DNA of 64,000 nucleotides from Kudoa neothunni (lineage: Eukaryota > Animalia > Cnidaria). Shown in pieces: positions 1 to 13,844 of this stretch. The translations under genes and the position numbers were made by a program. The notes under the pieces are model-generated. The model made no database searches. It had not been told where the DNA came from and was given only the letters and a program-made list of their open reading frames with translations. Position 1 is the stretch's first letter. Each line of letters begins with the position of its first letter. The stretch lies in assembly GCA_964304625.1 (NCBI GenBank), contig OZ199840.1, forward strand, positions 3,609,631 through 3,673,630, written 5' to 3'.

Positions 1-99
1 ATTTATTGACTATGAGTAAGAAAAATTTGAAATGTATGGTACATTCTATTTACGAGTTTAAATAGAGGTGTAAATATTTTAGGTGCAGATTTAGCCTCG

Positions 100-480
100 T
101 TTTCTTATGGTCCAACCTTGAGAAACCTTGTGAGAATTGCCCATTCTCCCAATATTCTATGAATATGAATAACTTGCTCAAGAGACAGCCATCTTATGCG
201 ACAAAGATACAATATGGCCTGATGCTCGATGCCGAATAATTATTGTAATCCGTTATATTTATTTTGATTTTTTGAGCTATTTGAGGAATATAAGTGGATA
301 CTTTGCGCCATATCTTCTAACACTTAATCTCATGTGGCATACACTTCTAATAATTCCATCTCGAAACTCATTGACTTTAAAACGTACCACATTAAGTCGA
401 AGTTGTACCAAAATAACCAATCCCTTTATGTAGGGAGAAAACGTACCAATTCTGACAACCCTGTTGAGAACTCCTGATCT
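100..480 (-). pseudogene. Degenerate hAT-superfamily transposase fragment
   Basis: Minus-strand translation across frameshifts gives ...SVCHM.L...LEDMAQSIHLYSSNSSK...LFGIEHQAILYLCRIRWLSLEQV. This matches the order of the hAT CxxH and RWLS motifs, and is the same type as the transposase at 41824-43800. Confidence 0.55.
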
Positions 481-846
481 CATGACTAGACTCTAATCAT
501 TATAGGGTTAAAGAGATATTGGGGTGGAGTTGTGAAAGGCGAGCCGAATATTTTTTCTACATTTATTACTTATTTTTTATTTTATGAAATAATCCACAAC
601 AATTTCATTGTAATATAATAGTACGATAACGAAGATCTATAAACATAAACAACCCTCGAGTAAAATAGTTCTGTATTAAGAAAAATTTGGATTATAAAAT
701 AGTTAAAGCTAATAAATTAATGTTTCCTGGTCTGATTGAAATTTGATGTACTCTAAAATATCCAATTTGCTCCGAAGTCAACTCACAATTTTTTATTCGA
801 AATGTTATATATTATTTCAGTAAACTACACTCCTGTGGACATAATA

Positions 847-1244
847 CAGTGAAACCTGGGATTTCGACCATAACCCATTCTAAAAGTGTGTTCGAACCCC
901 GAATAATTTTTCCCATGCAAACTAATGAAAATTAGTTATATCCGTGATCGCACATCAAATAAATGATTATATTTATTCTTATTTATGAAAAGACATGCAT
1001 ACTTTGTGTTTATAAAATATAAAAATGAAATATAGGATAAATATTTTGTTGTTGTCATACGATGGATTATAAACGATTCTCTTTCAATGGCGTTCGCACA
1101 ATTTGATTCAGCGACTCTTCCATAATTTCTTTTCTCCTCTGTTTTTGCCCCAACTGGATTTGATCTGAATACCCTTTCTATATGTGCTTGAATTCAAAAG
1201 TGTTTCTGACTCTAAATTTTTGATCGAACTCCAATGTTGCATTG
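847..1244. mobile_element. Old pogo/Tigger-type MITE
   Basis: TA|CAGTGAAACCTGGGATTTCGACCA at 845-870 versus the reverse complement of 1221-1246, TA|CAATGCAACATTGGAGTTCGATCA (20/26 identical). TA on both flanks, no ORF. Confidence 0.55.
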
Positions 1245-2809
1245 TATTACAGAAATTTAATTGTAAAATTTAAATAAAATTTTACATTTCTTCGATTATT
1301 TGTCATTTTTATTTTCTGATGAAATCTTGTTTCTTTATATTTCCATGCAATATACTTAATATATAAAAATTGGTTAATTCAAATACTATAAACGCAAGAT
1401 TTTATTTAAGGTACACTGTTTTGACATTGATATTGATATTCACGTGAGTTAATCCGATGTCATTATATTAATCCGTCAAATTAGTGTAGTTATTGATATG
1501 TTGGAGTATATCGTGTATTTTTAGTATCAAAAATTCTCAACAATTTGTTTAATTTTTAAGTGAGAATTTTTCAAAATACTAAAAAACATTAAAAATCATG
1601 AAAAATCTTTTACAGATTGATAAGATATTACTGAGAAATAGTTTTTATATATGGCTACTACGAAGTTAGACCATAACACAGAAATAAAAACTAGTGAAAA
1701 GAACTTTGATGAATTTTTGATATTTTTAACACTATTAAACAATGTTTGAACGATTGAGAAATACTGTTTAATTATCAGTTCAAAAAATTTTCAGGTTTCT
1801 TACAACAAAACTTGAGTCGATTCTTCATCTGAGGTTGGTAACTGACCAATAATTTTTCTTGATTCGACGTATTACAAATATTTGTGCTCTAATTTAGCCA
1901 TGATATGGAAACCGTTTACTCGTGCAGTCGTATAAATATGATGTTTGAATTTTCGTATCGAAAAACCTATAATGTAACAACAATGTCATATTATGTCGAT
2001 ATGGGCATTATTTTTTTAAATATCGTACAACAAAACGCACAATACGTGTAAGAATAAACTACATCTGTTGACAAAAAAGAATATAAAGTTCCATTCGTCC
2101 GATTCAACTTCGATGGAATACTTATGTTTAATTTCCTGTTATTCTAGTAAAAACAATAAGAGGCTCTGGTATCTGATAGGTATTGATTATCGTGAAAAAG
2201 ATCATGTTTAAATTTTGTTAAATGGTAATTTATTTGAGTCCCGTTAATTTGTCAATCGTAAACATCACTGGGTTAATAAGCATGGATAGTTCTTCAGTTT
2301 ATTCAGTAAATGGAAATTATTTGTTGTTCATTTAAAAACTGTTAAAAGATTATCGAAATCGTAACCTAAGGAAATTTCTATTATTCGGCCAAAACTAACT
2401 GGCATAACCATTCTTCAACTCCAATCAAGCGTATTATTTTTTGATTGACTTAATTATGCTATTAATCCAATTTATAATTACCATAAGAGTGATTACCTTT
2501 TAAAAATATAATTCTAAAATTGTCATACTAAGAAATACGTAATTTATTAACAATATAAAGTGGTTTAATCATCTTATCGCGGTAGAGAGACAATCAAAAG
2601 TCAAAGAGATTCAAACAAACTTTATTTATTGTCATCGTCTTCTTTAGGTGTATAAGGTTTTAAACTGTTCGATTAAATTTTCCAACATTAAAAACTCATT
2701 TGGTGTAATAGAAAGCATCAAGCCAATCAGACGCCCCCTAATACCATTCGAATATTACAGGTAATTAGAAAACGAATGCGCGATTTTATCTTGTCATAGA
2801 GCCGTGTGT

Positions 2810-5800
2810 ATGGCATCAGCTGAGTCGGAACGTCATTCCACCGACGATGGCAGAACAACCTTGGAATCTATAGTAGTTGCCAATTGTGGAAATGACTTTC
2901 TGAATGGATGGGTGAAAAAAAAGTCGTTTGTCGACCATATTGAGGCTAATTGTTTCTCACCCAACCTCCCTATTCTAAGTTGTTATCAAACAAACGATAA
3001 GAAACCATCGTTTTTGAATGTGATTTCCAAATACAAATCAGAAAAGCTGGGAAGAAATAAAATCAACCCTGCCAATTTTCTCAACTCGTCCATATCACCG
3101 ATTCGCACATCGGACAATTCTGGTATGCTCAGTTTTAGTGGTAGTCTCGATCATGCAGTTCCAATCAATACAATTGGTGGCAATAGACATTTTTTGAAAA
3201 AATTCTCTAAACTGCTTCTGAAAAAACCATGCAGATTGGAGGATCAAGCTGAAATATGGCTGGTAGCTAGTGGAGCTGCTGATCTTCTTCATAAACCATT
3301 CTTTGAGGCTTATTATGAGGAATTGTGCAGCCATTACGATAAAAATCTGACCATACAAAGCCAAAATCTGTGCAACTCACCCACCATCATGAATCACGCC
3401 AATATCGTGTCAACGTTGAGTACTCATTGTTGTGAATATAATGTCAACAGGTCGCCGCCAAATAAATCCACTCACAGTTGTTGCAGTAGACACATTAAAT
3501 TGAATTTTTTCGATAAGTGTCACAATCCATTTTGTACTCCAAGCAAATCACTCCTAGCAACTTTTCAACCCCCATCCACTATCAACAATAATCATTCGGA
3601 TAAAAGTAGTGGTCTCCCATCTCCTGAAAATAAATTAGACAACAACTTTATTTGTTGTCTTCGTGGTTATGTTACAATTAAGAAAATGGTAACCGTTCTG
3701 AAATCATTACATCCTGAAATATCAGAGTTGTCGTTGTTGGAAGTGATATGCTGGATCACACTACATTTCTTTAAACGAGAAATTGAACTATTTGCTTTTC
3801 TACTCAGTCTTCTAAGATCGAAACACTATGACTACTTCGATCAAACTGTCTCACAAACTATTATCTCTTCTTTCACCCTACGACATCTACTTCAAGATCA
3901 CGTCAAACGAAACTATTCCGCCTATCAACTTTCCAACAATCCCGACTTAATGTTTTATAGGAATTTAACCAAAATCAAACTTCCGAATGACGAATTCGAA
4001 TACATGAACAGTAACAAACGGCTCGATATAAATTCCAAAGAATTTCTTCTTCCTAAATGGAAAGTGTTTCTACTGACCAACCTTTCATTTTGTTTACAAG
4101 TAATTTTAATTGCTATCTTGCCGCTTTTGTTTTCAATTAACACTTAAATCTTCTCAACATTATTAATTGAATAATATTATTGTTTCGGTTGCTTTGATGA
4201 TAATTACTGCACGTTTTAACAAATTATCTAATTAAACTGATTCAATAGATATTTTATAGGGATCGAAATTTGTTAATTGTCTATTCTGCAGCTTTGTTGT
4301 TAGGTAGTGGTGTAAAGTTACACATGAATTTTACTCTTTAGTCATTAATTTTTTATGGATGTCTTCTTAGTAGATAATTAATTTTTTAATTAACAACTCA
4401 ATTTTAATAATATAATGCAGATTATTTTATCATTTTCTAAAGTTAAATAAGCGTGTTATTTCTGATGGTAATTGAATCTGTAGATTCTATTGTTACCGGA
4501 TTTAGTTTGACAATCATTTTTCTCCAAGTTAAAAGTTTATGTGCATTATATGGTAACTTGAATTAGTCGGAATCGATCTTTTTCTCAGTAAATATTTGTG
4601 AGTATTAGTCTAATGAATTTGTATAGAGTTTTAGGTGATTCTTCTAATAGTATCGATTAATCGATTCAATTGCAATTAATATCTGCCATGACAATGAATT
4701 GGACAGCCACAATTTTGTTGGCTCAACTATTAAAGCTTTGAATTTCACAGTCATGATTATTTACTGAAACAACAATATTTTTAGTTTGGTTTCTCCAAAT
4801 TGTTTCGTTTATTAAAATACATCATAATGCGTGACTGAATACTTGATCTATTCACGCTTAAGTAAATAATGACGGATTATCTCATATTTATGGGTAATCC
4901 GCGTTTAAATTAGCACTTGCGAGGCGTAAACCCTACAATTTTCATAATGGTGGAGGTATTTTTTCGGTTGTGAAAAATGGCGTGATAATAGCTAGTTTTT
5001 GATAGAATTGTTTTCATGAGTACAACTAACCATGGCCACCTTTGATGTCAATTTAGTGTTAGATGTAGATTAGTCTTTTTCTTTGATTGATGTTCATTTT
5101 TTCGTGATTGTGCGAGTCAGTAGATAACATTATAGTTTCAATTAGACAAGCGTAGTAGGCTTTTAACTGTAAAACTTTATTAGACTCGTCTTCCGTTTAA
5201 TATTTAATGTATGGGGTCATTTCATACATTGTGTGTATAGCAGGTTTGTGTTTTATGTTTTGTGAGCTTTAGATTTATTGTATTGTTTTTATAAATTTTG
5301 ATTATTTCTACAGTAAATGATTTCTTTTTAATTTATATTAACATGAGAATGTCCAATTGTTGTTATAGTAAAATTCTTAAAAATATTATTAGAGATAGTT
5401 ATAACTTACAAATTAAAAGTTATAAGATTTTTCATTCAATATTCTCTGAGGTAAGGTCTCTGTTCTGTAGGATATTTCATATTTAGGCTGTCAATTAAAG
5501 TTAACTAATTTAATTTTAGACGTTTATCTATGCGCTGGTTTAGTATATGATTTTTCATTGTTCCGTCGTAGTTTTTTTATGATAAATTTGTTGTAACTTG
5601 ATCGATAACGGAGATACTATTATAAAAAAAATAAGATGCTTAATAAACGTCCATAATTAAATTTTTTACAATTGATAATTTCATCTAAATATTTGCATGG
5701 AATTTGTTTGAACTTATGTTATATTTTCTGATTACAGAATGTGGATTTTTAATCATTATTAATGATGATTTTTGATGGCTGCTGTTTTTAAAATGTACAA

Positions 5801-8536
5801 ATTTAATCTTAAATTCCCACTATGGTTGGAGCAAATTGTCATAATTATCACAACTGATATTTATTTGTCTTAAAACGAAATTTATTTTTTTATTGCGTTA
5901 TAGAGTCAGAAATTATCAATTTTTTTAACTTTACATTGTGAATTAGATTTATACTTCCTTTAGATTATTTTTTTAAATGATATTTAATTTAATAATTAAA
6001 AAATAGGTCTAAAAATCCCGCCATATTAAGATATTGAAATACATGGTTTCACTGTTAATTTATGGATGTAATAAATTTGTGAATAAATGCGGAAAGATGT
6101 TACTTTAGAATATAAACAAAATTTAAGTCGACTTTTTTTATTTGATCATAATTTACTAAAATATTATGTTAGCGTATTATAGACTTTTGTTGATAACCAT
6201 GGAAGTCAAAGTGAATTAATTTTTCTTGCTGAGAGAATATTTTTTAAGATATCTACCATACCGAACTAATTTGCTAATAGTTTAATATTATGATTTAAAT
6301 GGCCATTCCATTACTTTTAATTGTTTGAGCGAGTATTAATGTTTTTTGGAGACTCATAAATTCTCGATTAGCATTGCAAACATAACTATTTTTATATGTA
6401 GTTTACATTTTTTTCGGAGATGAGCCTAAGTGATGAATATTGGATATTGTTAAACGATACATTAAATCTAATTATGTGGTGATAGTTATTTTTTATTTAA
6501 TAAAATAAATGATGTTGAGAAAGTTTAAGGATATCACTATTCTTAACATTATTGAATATTTATTAATTGGATTATTTTCTTACGTCTCCAATTAAATTAG
6601 GTTCGAATTATCAACTACTTTGTTATAAACGGTCCTGGAATCCTCTTTCAAACTTTTATGTTTTATTTTTCTCGTCTTCACGAAAATCTACACAAAAATA
6701 ACATAAATCCATTAAAACTCTCTCACGATTTAAACAACAAATTCTATCTGAGTATTCTAGTGAAGATTATTTCGAGTTGTTCCAATGAGGATACATTTGA
6801 TCAAATAGTAAAAGTACCAGTGAAAACCAGTCGGATTAATTTTTTGTATCGAATCTACTTTTCTTATTACAACTGTGGCCATATTAGCAGCGATCTCGTT
6901 AAATTTCTTTTCAAATGTGTCAAACGAAGCAACTCTTCCAAAAACTGTTCCAGATTGGGGGCTTCTCGATCAAATCTGAAAGTTAGATCTTACTCAATCA
7001 ATTCGTTGAAAAGTGCCACCAATTTCCAACAAGAAAACAACGAGGAACTCACTCCCATTTCCAGTGGAAGCACCTCTAAAAATTCATCCGAATTAAGCTC
7101 CGATCTTGTCAATTCACAGTTGCATTCGCCCACCGCTCTCTTAAAATACAACGAAGTAATGTATTCTCATTATTTAATGTATATTGATTTTCTCTCTAGT
7201 GGAAAGATTTGTTTCATTGGATACCTTATCGCATTCATCTACTTAAAGCAGTTTGTATTTTTAGTACATCCAAACATGGCTACAAGTATGTTGTTATATT
7301 TTTTCCTACATCATCTAATATTTGAATTCATTTTCAAGTCTGAAGACCTTATACAAACATTGTGAAAACAGTTCTCCTATCATTATATTTATTCACACGA
7401 AAAATAATGAAGTATTGAATTTTTCGTCGTATTAAAACTAATATTCACTATCTTTTTTAGTTGTTCGGTGCGTATATTAGTTGTAAACTTAACACAAGAT
7501 TTACAAATCGAGGATTTTTTGGAAATGGTGAAACGTTTGTCTTCCAATTAAGACCTGTCACAAAAAAATATATCTGGAGTGGACTTATAAACGATAAAGT
7601 CACGTCCACCAAATATACTATTGCTCAAGGTTAATATATTGATATATATATATATATATATATTTTAGCGTTTTCTCTTTTAATATTAAAATAATCATAC
7701 TAAATCAATTTATATTCCTCAGTTTCAATTTGTTAAATACTTGATCAATCTTATTTCCGCTATTTAAATTGAAATTTTATTTAATAACTTTTATTTGATT
7801 GAATATTTATTAAATTTAAAAGTTTTTATGTACTGGTAACAATGTAATAGGAAAATTAACACATTCTAAAATTTAGATCCTGCTCATCGAAGATCTCGTT
7901 CTTTCGGTTTCGCACCAAAAATACCCCCAAAAATTCACACTGGAAGCACATCCACAGTCGATCTAAGTGGGAAAAAACAGGCTATTGGCGCTAATTCTTC
8001 CGCCAATCGACCAAATATTCTTTCATTTATCAAAAATAGATTTAAATCTGCGTTTCGATTCAAAATTCCTTCCAATCGTCTTTCTAAAACTCGCTCAACT
8101 GCCGACCCTTCACCCGCTCTAATATCCATGGAAATGGATAATGTTGATAATAATTGCTTCGAGGGTGATGCGTATAATGTGTCGTCGACGGTCACCCCAA
8201 GAGATTCAGTTTTCTCTTATGATCAAAATAAGAACTCTAATGATCACAAAATGATTTTAAATGACCTATTTGTTAGTTGTGATAATTCAACCATTATGAT
8301 TGGAGGTGGAAGGTAATTTTCCATGATATTTAAATTGAAATATTTTAAAATTGCCATTTTTTGTTTCTAGAGAAGGCTTTGCAATACAACTTGATGCCAA
8401 CTTACTTAATGGCAATTCACGTGTTTGTGACACCTTCAATAATCCCTCCTTTGTTGCTGGAGAGGAGGGCGATTTTGTATGTACTAGAGTTGATGTAATT
8501 GGTTTTCTTGATAGTTCATCTAAATTGACCGATTAA
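2810..8536 (+). CDS. TBC1D24: TBC1D24/skywalker-like protein (Rab-GAP TBC domain + TLDc domain), ~924 aa, 7 exons
   Basis: Exons 2810-4099, 6601-7155, 7200-7285, 7339-7411, 7461-7629, 7877-8312 and 8371-8536 join in frame through GT-AG introns. TBC motifs: EIWLVASGA, KMVTVLKSLHPEIS..LEVICWITLHF, YFDQT, VRIINYFVINGPGILF. TLDc motifs: WIP..FSTSKHGYNLKTLY, FGAYIS, FFGNGETFVF, IMIGGG, CDTFNN. An upstream in-frame open exon (2648-2760, intron 2761-2799) means the true start may lie further 5'. Confidence 0.88.
7642..7662. repeat. (AT)10 microsatellite in TBC1D24 intron
   Basis: Read directly from the sequence. Confidence 0.9.
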
Positions 8537-9339
8537 AAGTTTTTATTTGTATGTAAATCAATTTTTAATTCATGTTTATATTTGATTTTTGTATTTGGAA
8601 TATGATCTCTTTTTTTCGCTTGGAATTTATTTGTTTCTATGTGCAGATAATCTTCAGAAATTTTTTTATTTTTATAAACTCTAATCTAACTGAGTCTATT
8701 TGTTTGTAATTTAGTAACCTCCGACATTGACTTCACCTTTCATTAAACCCATTTATTCGGTTAATTAAGGTATCGGTCTTTTTTGGTGACTGCCATGTAA
8801 ATACTCTATTTTTAATAGTTTTTAAATATCACAATAATTATCTAGCTAAACTCCCAATATTCAAACAAAAATTATATAAGTCAATACATATTTAGATCCT
8901 TATGTTTATAGATTAAAATTAATGTATTGCCCAGCTTTGCCTAGGTAATATTTTTGGCTGAGAAGCTTCCTAGTAACATTCAACAGATTTTTATAATCCT
9001 TCAAATTAATCTATAAGCGGGGTCAAACTAAAATTTTTTAAGTATCATGCTTTTAACGATTTGGAGTATTAAATCAAAATTATGATCATTTCTCTGCAGG
9101 TGTGATACTAATCTCACCCTTCAATTAACCATTGTGTGACCCCCGCCAACGTTAAATAATTTAAGGTTAGAGTCGCATTTATTTCGCATTCCGAATTATT
9201 TAAATTCCCATGAAGTGCTACGTAAAACGTTATTTTTTGACTCCTGTGATTTTTTGATGTCAAATTGTGGCCTCGACTCAGAAAGTTTTTTCACCATGAT
9301 TTGAGAAATTAAAAATATAATGATAGTAGATAGGTCACA

Positions 9340-11487
9340 GGTTATTGTGGAGCGTTTGGCTCCCCCATTTTGAGCGTATTTTTTGACCCTTTTCGTCGTA
9401 AGCGTGTCAAACATTTTTCCAACATTATAAAAACAAATTATTCTTCTAATCGCATAATCGAATTTATGATGGCGAAGTCAACAACATAATCCTCTTGTTA
9501 AACACTGGTTTCTATATTTCATTATAAAGGAATATGAATGTGATTACAATTCGTGCATTTAAATGCTTATTTTATTTTTGCATGGTAATATAATGAAAAC
9601 AAATGAACAATAAGTCATTATAAACGGTTGTTGTTCAGGCATGTAGAATATTGAAACTTTCTCCATCCTCATAGCATTTTTTCATTTTTATTTTCTCCTA
9701 ATTAAAGCTATATAAATGATTTTAGTATTACATATATTTCCATTCGAAACGCTACACTATTAGAGGCAATTATTTGGCATTATTTGATAAATTGTCTCCA
9801 AAACTGTGCTTAAAATGCGATTATTACTTAAAAAATTTGTAATTAACTAAAATAACAGTTATTAAAAAAGTTAATAATTGACATTAATCTTTAGAAATGA
9901 ATTTTATTTGGCGGATTATTATTAATGGAAAGCTGACTGTTATATAAAAAAGTTTATACAAACTTTTTTATTTAATCAATTTTCAACATCGATTTTTCAA
10001 TCTCCGTTAAGTGTAATATATTTGATATTTTTTAATATTAAATTTCTTTTTTCTTCATATTCGTTATTTTTAATGGAACAAAGTCAGATAAATATTGAGT
10101 TATGGGTTTAATTCAATTAACTAAAACTTACAATAATATTCTAACGTTTCCTTGACTCAAATTTATGTTCAACTTCGAAATTAAACATATATTTTATTTT
10201 TTTTAATTTTACAACAAATGTTTTGATTGAATTTAGTATTAATCTAATTATTATATTCTAATTATGTCGAATATTAATGCTTTTTTGTGACAAAACTCAA
10301 ACTAAATGCTCTTAATTTGTTGTTATTTGGAAGTTTTTTATAATATTTTAAGATTCGTTCTTAAAATAGAAATCAATACATTTTCTATATGAATACAAAG
10401 TATGATTAATTTTTCCACCAAGTCACGTTGGTGGTTTCTCTCCTCTTTATTTGTCGTGATGCAATGGTAGCAATTTATTCTTATTGAAAAATTTATATTG
10501 AGAAAATGATAGCAAATACTTATTTTAACATTTTTTTATTTAATATTTGTTTTATATAATTTCAATGAATTATATTAACGTTGATATCGTTTTAAAAATA
10601 ATACTTTCAAACGATAAATGATATACGGTGCTAGATGTTTATTGAATTAGGGATAATTGTGAAATTGTTCATAACCATTCTTGAGGGTATAAATTCGTAA
10701 GTGCGCTGCGATTCTCAGCCATTGGGACAATAAAAACATTTCCTACAAAAAGAAAACCAACTGCTTGTTTCGTAGCCGACACAAAAACCATCATCTGATA
10801 AGTGTATCGTGTGCATTCGCAGTCAGAATAATGAAAATGACAATCTTAGGAGAAGATAAATATTTTGTTCTTGTGATGACTCATGGGAAACTTTTTAGAA
10901 GTTATCAAAATTATTTTTCAGATTGAATTATTATCCATCAAAGAGAATTCATTTCTGAAGATTGTTCTCATTCTTAAACATTCTTAAGAACCATTAAATT
11001 AGTTGTTTATACATTTTCCAGTTAATAATTACTTCTTAGAGTCAAGGTTAGGAGATTATTTACCAAATTACACTCAATAATTGCTTTAAACGATAGAGCG
11101 TTTCGAATTGAAAGATTTATAATATTAAAAATAGTTATTCTTCTTTAAATAAGCAAAAATGTAAATTAGAAAGTGTTATGACTATGGAGAAACTTTTAAT
11201 ATTCTATGTTTCTGAACAACAGCCATTAATAATGACTTACGGTTAATTTTTTTAAAGATAATATCATGTAAAATAACATAAACATTTAAGTGCACGAATT
11301 GTAATCACATTCATATTCCTTCATAGTGAAATATAGAAACCAATGTTTAACGTGAGGATTATGTTGTTGACTTCGCCATCATAAATTCGATTATGCGATT
11401 AGAAGAATAATTTATTTTTATTATTTTGGAAACAATTTTGAGCCACTTCCGACGAAAAAGGTTATAAAAACACGCTCCACAATTACC
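9340..11487. mobile_element. Non-autonomous long-TIR (foldback-like) DNA transposon, probably Merlin-derived
   Basis: About 500-bp inverted repeats (~9340-9850 vs ~11000-11487), highly similar over the outer ~250 bp and decaying inward. Termini are GGTWATTGTGGAGCG. The 8-mer GATAGGTC lies on both flanks (9329-9336, offset by 3 nt; 11488-11495). The terminus resembles the Merlin TIR at 21829. Confidence 0.75.
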
Positions 11488-12758
11488 GATAGGTCGTGGC
11501 TGTTGCAATGGATCATAATATCCAGGTGACTTTTGACCTTAGCTCATTATCTTTGGTCCAACATTGTCGTTCTCAGAGGTTCAAAATAATGAAATGTAGC
11601 ATATTCTAAAAAAGGAAGTTTATATATCAGCTTATAAATGAGATCTGTTGTGATTAAAAATATCCATGTTAATGGCCGTTATCGTTTAAAAGGCACTCTA
11701 TATTAATAATTTTCTGATTATATTAAGATTAATGTTTGTGAGCGCGTGCGGGTGAATACTTAAATCTGCTATTTATTATATTTCGTATTTTTTAATTGAG
11801 GCTTTTAATTTGAAATTGAAATTCAACAATTATTCCCACAATAATACCACAACCTTGGACAGCTCTCTCGGCAAGGAAAAATTCTCATAACAAAATAGAA
11901 AGTTTGGTAACATTGCAGAACAATAGCCTCATTTCCGATCAAACCTTATAATTAGATCGAACATTAATCCTATATTTTTATTCTTATAAATCCCCGAAAT
12001 TAATAATAAGTAATCACTAGGGAGAGATTGTGATGGAGTATTAAAATCAGTTTTCACACTCATATTTAAGGATCTATAAGGGATAGTTTTTCGGCTAAGT
12101 GTTTTAGCCTGTAAAAATGATTACAAGGAGATACACAATAGAATACAAGAACTAATACATGTAACAAATAGATTATCGAATATAAAATCTTATTACATCT
12201 AAAATTAATGAATACACTAAATAAAATAATAAGCCAGATCGGTTTTTTCGCTTTCGCTGATTTGGATTAGAGTTATCATTCCGCGGTTTTGCCGTAAGTC
12301 GTATCTAATCACCCTAATTATTCATTAATGTTTGTAAGTACATAGAATAAAATGTAAAATATAACGTGGATTTCTTATTTTCGTATTTAATCCAAAATTT
12401 TAATGTAAATGTACGTGCTAATAAACTTAAATGTAAATTAAAGGTGATTATATTATCCATCGTGCGTTTTTATACGATCCAAAATTGCGCGAATTTATAT
12501 GTTAATATTCATGGAAGCCAGAATATGTACATTCAAATTAACCATAACTTTATCTCTGATTATATTGAGCTTAATTTTTACAAATACCATATTCAAAGTA
12601 ACATTTAAATAATATTTGGATTTAAAATGGAGGTGATCTAATTTTATACTAAAATTCTAGCTAATATTATTTCCACCGGTCGTGATATAAAACAACAACT
12701 TTTTTCTAAGGGGCAAACAACGTATAGTTATTATTGTTGGAGATAAATTTGATGATCA

Positions 12759-13844
12759 ATGGGAGCTCTTGACATGGTATTCTTCACTTGTAATTATATT
12801 TCGGAAAATTTGATTGGTTCCATTCCCGTTCATAAAGGTGGTTGGTATCGCTACTGGCGAAAATGCTATGTTCCACGCAATATTTGCGCCCTTTTCCCTT
12901 CTGATGGCTATTTTTACATTGTAATCGAATAAAATAGTCCCAAAAAATCTATATTACATAACCTTAAAATTTTCAGAATTTTAGGTTGCAATTTAACCGG
13001 CACATGGAAATACCTCGAATCTGCCATAAGGTATTGATAGATTTGGATTTTGTCACATTTAATCTTTATAATTTCTAGTGATTACGCGGTAGATGAAACA
13101 ATGGGACCAATATTTTCAGCGCTTACCCTACTTCCGTTTTTATCCAGTAAATTATAAAATTATGTTTCCATTTGATTATAAACACCGAATTTTAGATATT
13201 TTTGTATACATAAACAGGTTCAAAATTATAAGTATCCATGGTTATAAAAAAACGCTCAATAAAATAATTGTGTGCATTGGAATATTTACAATATTTCTCT
13301 CCCCCTGCACATTTATATTTCCTGTAAATAATTTACTTAAACTTTAGGGTTAATCTGAATCTAATTATAGGTTAGGTTCAATAAATATGTACATTATGTT
13401 TGTGCTTCTTCATTTTTCGTTTTTTCTAACGTTTATCTTTGGTTCAATGCATGCTTTTCAATGAGTTGCAGCTGCTCTTATTTGATAAGGCCTAATCTGC
13501 ACAAGGGTCTGATCAAATATAGGATTTTAACGGCAGTATTATCTACCACAGCTATGTTGGTTCAGCTCGCCAGTATTATTATTTATGATTTTGAGATAAT
13601 AGAGCCATTTCGAACTTTTAGTGATTGTTTACAGTCTGGCGGATCAAAATTATGATAAAGGAGATAGACACTATAAAGTATTCCACGTGAGCTAAATTGT
13701 CTTTAACTGGACTGTTGTTAGTGGTTAGAATGCACTTTTGCGATCTCTCAATTTTCAAGCTTAGTTCTCACGTGTTTTGGAGCTTTTTCCTATTTTGTTG
13801 ATATGCATCATAAAGCATCTAAAGAAAGTTGTGCATATCAATAA
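12759..13844 (+). pseudogene. Disrupted claudin/PMP22-superfamily-like multi-pass membrane protein
   Basis: Fragments in order: GGWYRYWRKCYVPRNIC (resembles the claudin loop-1 W-x2-C...C pattern), then hydrophobic MYIMFVLLHFSFFLTFIFG, ILTAVLSTTAMLVQLASIIIY and IVFNWTVVSG*...FSSLVLTCFGAFSYF. Short GT-AG introns are present, but frameshifts and in-frame stops are needed to join the pieces. Confidence 0.4.

Noticed and set aside
6190-6540. Possible hAT remnant in the TBC1D24 large intron (IYHTE-like motif)
   Set aside because: Only one short motif is recognisable, too decayed to support.
11820-11950. Short coding-looking stretch open on both strands
   Set aside because: No start, splice partner or homology I can support.
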